Positions 32,859 through 35,832 of a DNA stretch of 35,832 nt are shown in pieces. The position numbers were made by a program, and so were the translations under genes. The stretch's first letter is position 1; every line of letters begins with the position of its first letter. Location: positions 1 to 35,832 of the forward strand of contig JANTGB010000001.1 of assembly GCA_024763115.1 (NCBI GenBank), read 5' to 3'. The DNA comes from Desulfobulbaceae bacterium (GTDB lineage: Bacteria; Desulfobacterota; Desulfobulbia; Desulfobulbales; SURF-16). The notes below the pieces were generated by a model. The model searched no databases, was not told the origin of the DNA, and worked only from the letters and a program-made list of their open reading frames with translations.

Positions 32859-35648
32859 TCAGGGCGCAATCTCACGCAATACCCCGGCGCAGCGCTGACA
32901 GATTGTCGAATGGGCGGGATCACTGCCCACGGTATCGCTCCTGATCCAGCAGCGTTCGCATTTCACACCCCGGGCCGGTTTAATCAGGACAGTAAGTCCG
33001 GGGATTGTTTCACTGCCGATGCCACCGTCCAGCGCAGCTTCAAGTTTAAGGGCCGAGACAATGGCAATACTCTCCAGTTGTGACCAGTTATCCGCCAGAA
33101 AACCGGCAAGCTCACCTTCCGCAGCCAGCAAGACCTCTGCCTCCAGAGAATGACCGATAACCTTATCCCGCCGGGCCAGCTCCAGTGCCCCGGTGATTTC
33201 GGACCGGACAGCCAGGAGCCGCTCCCAACGTTCCATCAGTTCCGGCTGTACATATTCTTCCTTTGCCGCCGGAAAGGAAGCAACAAAGGGATTAACCTCC
33301 CGCTCAGGGTCAGGCGGCAGATAGTCCCAGACCTCGGCCACGGTAAAACTTAAAATCGGGGTCATCATCCGCAGCAGGCCGTCCAGAATTTCAGCCAGAA
33401 CAGTCTGGGCTCCGCGCCGCGCCTCTGAGGCCGGGGGGCTGGTATAGAGTCTGTCCTTGATAATGTCTAAATAAAAATTACTCATGGTGACGGTGCAGAA
33501 ATGATGGAGACCGTGCATAACCCCATGAAACTCAAACTGCTCATAGCCTTTTGCCACCTTTCTTTTCAACTGCTCAAACTGAACCAGAGCCCAGCGGTCA
33601 AGTTCGCTCATGGCGGCAAAGTCAACCCGATCCGAAGCCGGATTAAAATCATTAAGGTTACCCAGCATATAACGGAAGGTATTCCTGATCTTGCGGTAGC
33701 CGTCGGAAAGCTGACGAAGTATTTCATCGGAAATCTTGATATCATCGCGGTAATCCTCAAAGGCAACCCACATGCGGAGGATTTCGGCCCCGTATTTATC
33801 AATTATTTCGCTGGGAGCAATGACATTACCGATACTCTTTGACATCTTCTTGCCCTGGCCGTCCACTACGAAACCGTGGGTCAGAACGCCGCGATAGGGC
33901 GGAACCCCCCTGGTTCCCACCGAGGCCAGCAGAGCGCTCTGGAACCAGCCCCGATGCTGATCGCTGCCCTCAAGATAAAGATCAGCCGGGGTCGGCAGAC
34001 CGCGCTCTTCCAGGACTGCGGCATAGCTGACCCCGGAATCAAACCAGACATCAAGGATATCATCCTCCTTGACAAACTCCCTTGCCCCGCATTTGCCGCA
34101 TTTGGCCTCATCCCCGAGAAAATCGCTGATTTCATGGGAAAACCAGGCATCAGCTCCCTCTTTACTGAAAAGCCGGCTGATCCGGGCATCGACCTCTTTG
34201 TTATTGGCCACGGCCCCGCATTTTTTACAATAAATAACCGTAAGCGGCACGCCCCAGGCCCGCTGGCGCGACAAACACCAGTCAGGCCGGTTCTCGACCA
34301 TGCCGTAAATTCGTTCCATCCCCCATTTCGGCGTCCATTTGACCTCGCGGATGGTAGCCAGAGCCTTTTGGCGTAGATCATTTTTTTCCATGGAGATAAA
34401 CCACTGTTCCGTGGCCCGGAAATTAACCGGCTTCTTGCAGCGCCAGCAATGGGGATAACTGTGACTCAGATCACTGCGAAAAACCAGGGCTCCCTGTTTG
34501 GCCAGATCAGCAATAATCAGCTCATTGGCCTCGGTTATAAGCATATCCGCATAAGGCCCGGCCCCAGCGGTAAATCGGCCTTTATCATCAACCGGCGACA
34601 GAGGTTCCAGGCCATAACGCAGACCGGTAAGGTAGTCATCCCGGCCATGGCCCGGCGCAGTATGAACGCAGCCGGTACCCGTATCCAGGGTGACATAATC
34701 AGCCAGCACCAACAATGATTCCCGTTCCATAAAGGGATGAATACATTTACGCCCCTCAAGCGGGGCAGAGTCAAAGGTAGCGCTAATGTTATATTCACTG
34801 ATGCCGAACTCGGCCATGGCCTGTTCCACCAGGCCTTCGGCCATAATCCAGACCTCGCCCCCCACCTCGACTGCGGCATAGGTAAACTGGGGATGAAAGG
34901 CCACTGCCAGGTTGGCGGGCAGAGTCCAGGGGGTCGTTGTCCAGATCACCACGCTGGTTTCTCGTCCGGCCAGCTCCGGGACAACATCACTTAAGTCATC
35001 GCCGACCTTGAATTTAACATAAATCGAGGGCGAGGAATGATCATAATATTCAACCTCTGCCTCGGCCAGCGCCGTAACACAGGAAGAACACCAGTAAACC
35101 GGTTTCTTGCTGCGTACCACCGAGCCGTTGGCCAGAAAACGGTTAAATTCACGGGCAATGGCGGTCTCATAGGCATAATTAATGGTCAGATAAGGGTTGT
35201 CCCAGTCACCGATAACCCCAAGGCGTTTGAAGTCCTCTTTCTGAATCTTTATCCATTTGCCGGCATACTTGCGGCAGGCGGAACGAAAAGCCAGTTTACT
35301 GATTTTTCGTTTTTTCTCGCCCAGCTCCTTGTCAACATTATGCTCGATGGGCAGGCCATGGCAGTCCCAGCCCGGAATATAGGGGCAGTGAAAACCGGCC
35401 ATGCGTTTTGATTTAAGAATAATATCCTTTAAGACCTTGTTAAAGGCGGTACCCAGATGAATACGGCCATTGGCGTAAGGCGGGCCGTCATGGAGAAGAT
35501 AGAGAGGCTTGTCGCTGCTTGCCTCCTGAACCTGCTCATACAATTTCCCCTTTTCCCACTGTTTTAAAAACATGGGTTCTTTCCGGGGCAGATTGGCCTT
35601 CATTTTAAACTTTGTTTTAGGAAGATTAAGGGTCTTTTTATAATCCAT
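32859..35648 (-). CDS. ileS: Isoleucine--tRNA ligase
   Basis: MDYKKTLNLPKTKF, PPYANGRIHLGTAFN (HIGH), GKKMSKSIGN (KMSKS), an editing-domain insertion, and a C-terminal Zn-finger (CERCW...CQRC). The length is 929 aa. Confidence 0.95.
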   Translation of the reverse strand: MDYKKTLNLPKTKFKMKANLPRKEPMFLKQWEKGKLYEQVQEASSDKPLYLLHDGPPYANGRIHLGTAFNKVLKDIILKSKRMAGFHCPYIPGWDCHGLPIEHNVDKELGEKKRKISKLAFRSACRKYAGKWIKIQKEDFKRLGVIGDWDNPYLTINYAYETAIAREFNRFLANGSVVRSKKPVYWCSSCVTALAEAEVEYYDHSSPSIYVKFKVGDDLSDVVPELAGRETSVVIWTTTPWTLPANLAVAFHPQFTYAAVEVGGEVWIMAEGLVEQAMAEFGISEYNISATFDSAPLEGRKCIHPFMERESLLVLADYVTLDTGTGCVHTAPGHGRDDYLTGLRYGLEPLSPVDDKGRFTAGAGPYADMLITEANELIIADLAKQGALVFRSDLSHSYPHCWRCKKPVNFRATEQWFISMEKNDLRQKALATIREVKWTPKWGMERIYGMVENRPDWCLSRQRAWGVPLTVIYCKKCGAVANNKEVDARISRLFSKEGADAWFSHEISDFLGDEAKCGKCGAREFVKEDDILDVWFDSGVSYAAVLEERGLPTPADLYLEGSDQHRGWFQSALLASVGTRGVPPYRGVLTHGFVVDGQGKKMSKSIGNVIAPSEIIDKYGAEILRMWVAFEDYRDDIKISDEILRQLSDGYRKIRNTFRYMLGNLNDFNPASDRVDFAAMSELDRWALVQFEQLKRKVAKGYEQFEFHGVMHGLHHFCTVTMSNFYLDIIKDRLYTSPPASEARRGAQTVLAEILDGLLRMMTPILSFTVAEVWDYLPPDPEREVNPFVASFPAAKEEYVQPELMERWERLLAVRSEITGALELARRDKVIGHSLEAEVLLAAEGELAGFLADNWSQLESIAIVSALKLEAALDGGIGSETIPGLTVLIKPARGVKCERCWIRSDTVGSDPAHSTICQRCAGVLREIAP

Positions 35649-35651
35649 ATC

Positions 35652-35686
35652 AGAAACCGGAAGTCAGAGGTCGGAAGCCGGAAAAG
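35652..35686 (+). repeat. Heptanucleotide tandem array (5 units, purine strand = + strand), antisense in the ileS leader
   Basis: The units are agaaacc ggaagtc agaggtc ggaagcc ggaaaag, starting 4 nt from the ileS start codon (cat 35646-35648). Confidence 0.85.
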
Positions 35687-35832
35687 GATGCTTCATTGTT
35701 TTGTTTATTGTCAATGGCGAAATAATGTTGTAAAAATTCGGGTTGGGTAAAAGCTACCCTTCTCTACCCCTTTAAATGTTCGGATAGTGCCCCAGATTTG
35801 TTCGTTTCGGCGTGTTCACTATAGTATACTAT

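Noticed and set aside
33876-34381. A pair of ~166-aa ORFs on both strands (33876..34376 on + and 33881..34381 on -) inside ileS.
   Set aside because: Both are out of frame with, or antisense to, the continuous 929-aa IleS frame that carries HIGH and KMSKS. Their products are Pro/Arg/Gly-rich with no motifs.
1-35832. A mobile genetic element, prophage or defence island.
   Set aside because: No integrase, transposase, phage, restriction-modification, toxin-antitoxin or other defence-type motif was recognised in any frame. The accessory-looking content is limited to short non-coding repeats and decayed genes.

Overview
This is a 35.8-kb chromosomal segment from a Gram-negative bacterium. Gene content suggests a Desulfobacterota (deltaproteobacterial) genome, but this is inference only and no search was run.

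Coding content:
- Positions 1.4-16.5 kb hold a chemosensory locus. It contains three MCP genes (one is signalling-domain only), a hybrid CheA with two CheW-like domains and a C-terminal receiver, CheW, CheR, CheB and a HEAT-repeat receiver protein.
- Interleaved with these is a complete partner-switching set: a receiver-PP2C phosphatase (RsbU-like), an RsbW-like anti-sigma kinase and a STAS antagonist. No stand-alone CheY and no sigma factor are present in the window.
- The right half is housekeeping: GT2 glycosyltransferase, adk, trmFO, a family-4-like UDG, a pseudo-receiver-PilZ protein, pgl, skp, pal, alpha-glucan phosphorylase, a PEP-synthase/PPDK regulatory protein homologue, fabD, lspA and ileS.
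- I saw no rRNA, tRNA, CRISPR array, transposase, integrase or recognisable defence gene.

The most unusual signal is in the non-coding DNA:
1. A heptanucleotide tandem-repeat family (purine strand RGARGNC) occurs at five loci, all at gene boundaries. One array forms the lspA 3' tail and the fabD start region. Another fills the ileS leader.
2. The larger gaps are mosaics of short interspersed modules. These include a 20-nt core GTAACTNCTCAYNGGG with at least 10 copies, a 90-nt module present twice at 93% identity, and hairpin modules. The layout resembles REP/BIME-type clusters.

Several genes look decayed:
- an RbsB-like gene with an in-frame TAA and a 3' truncation
- a 5'-truncated MCP
- a frameshifted Hpt-like gene ahead of cheB
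- a porin gene with an in-frame TAG

All calls rest on reading translated motifs and the sequence by eye. No database search was performed.
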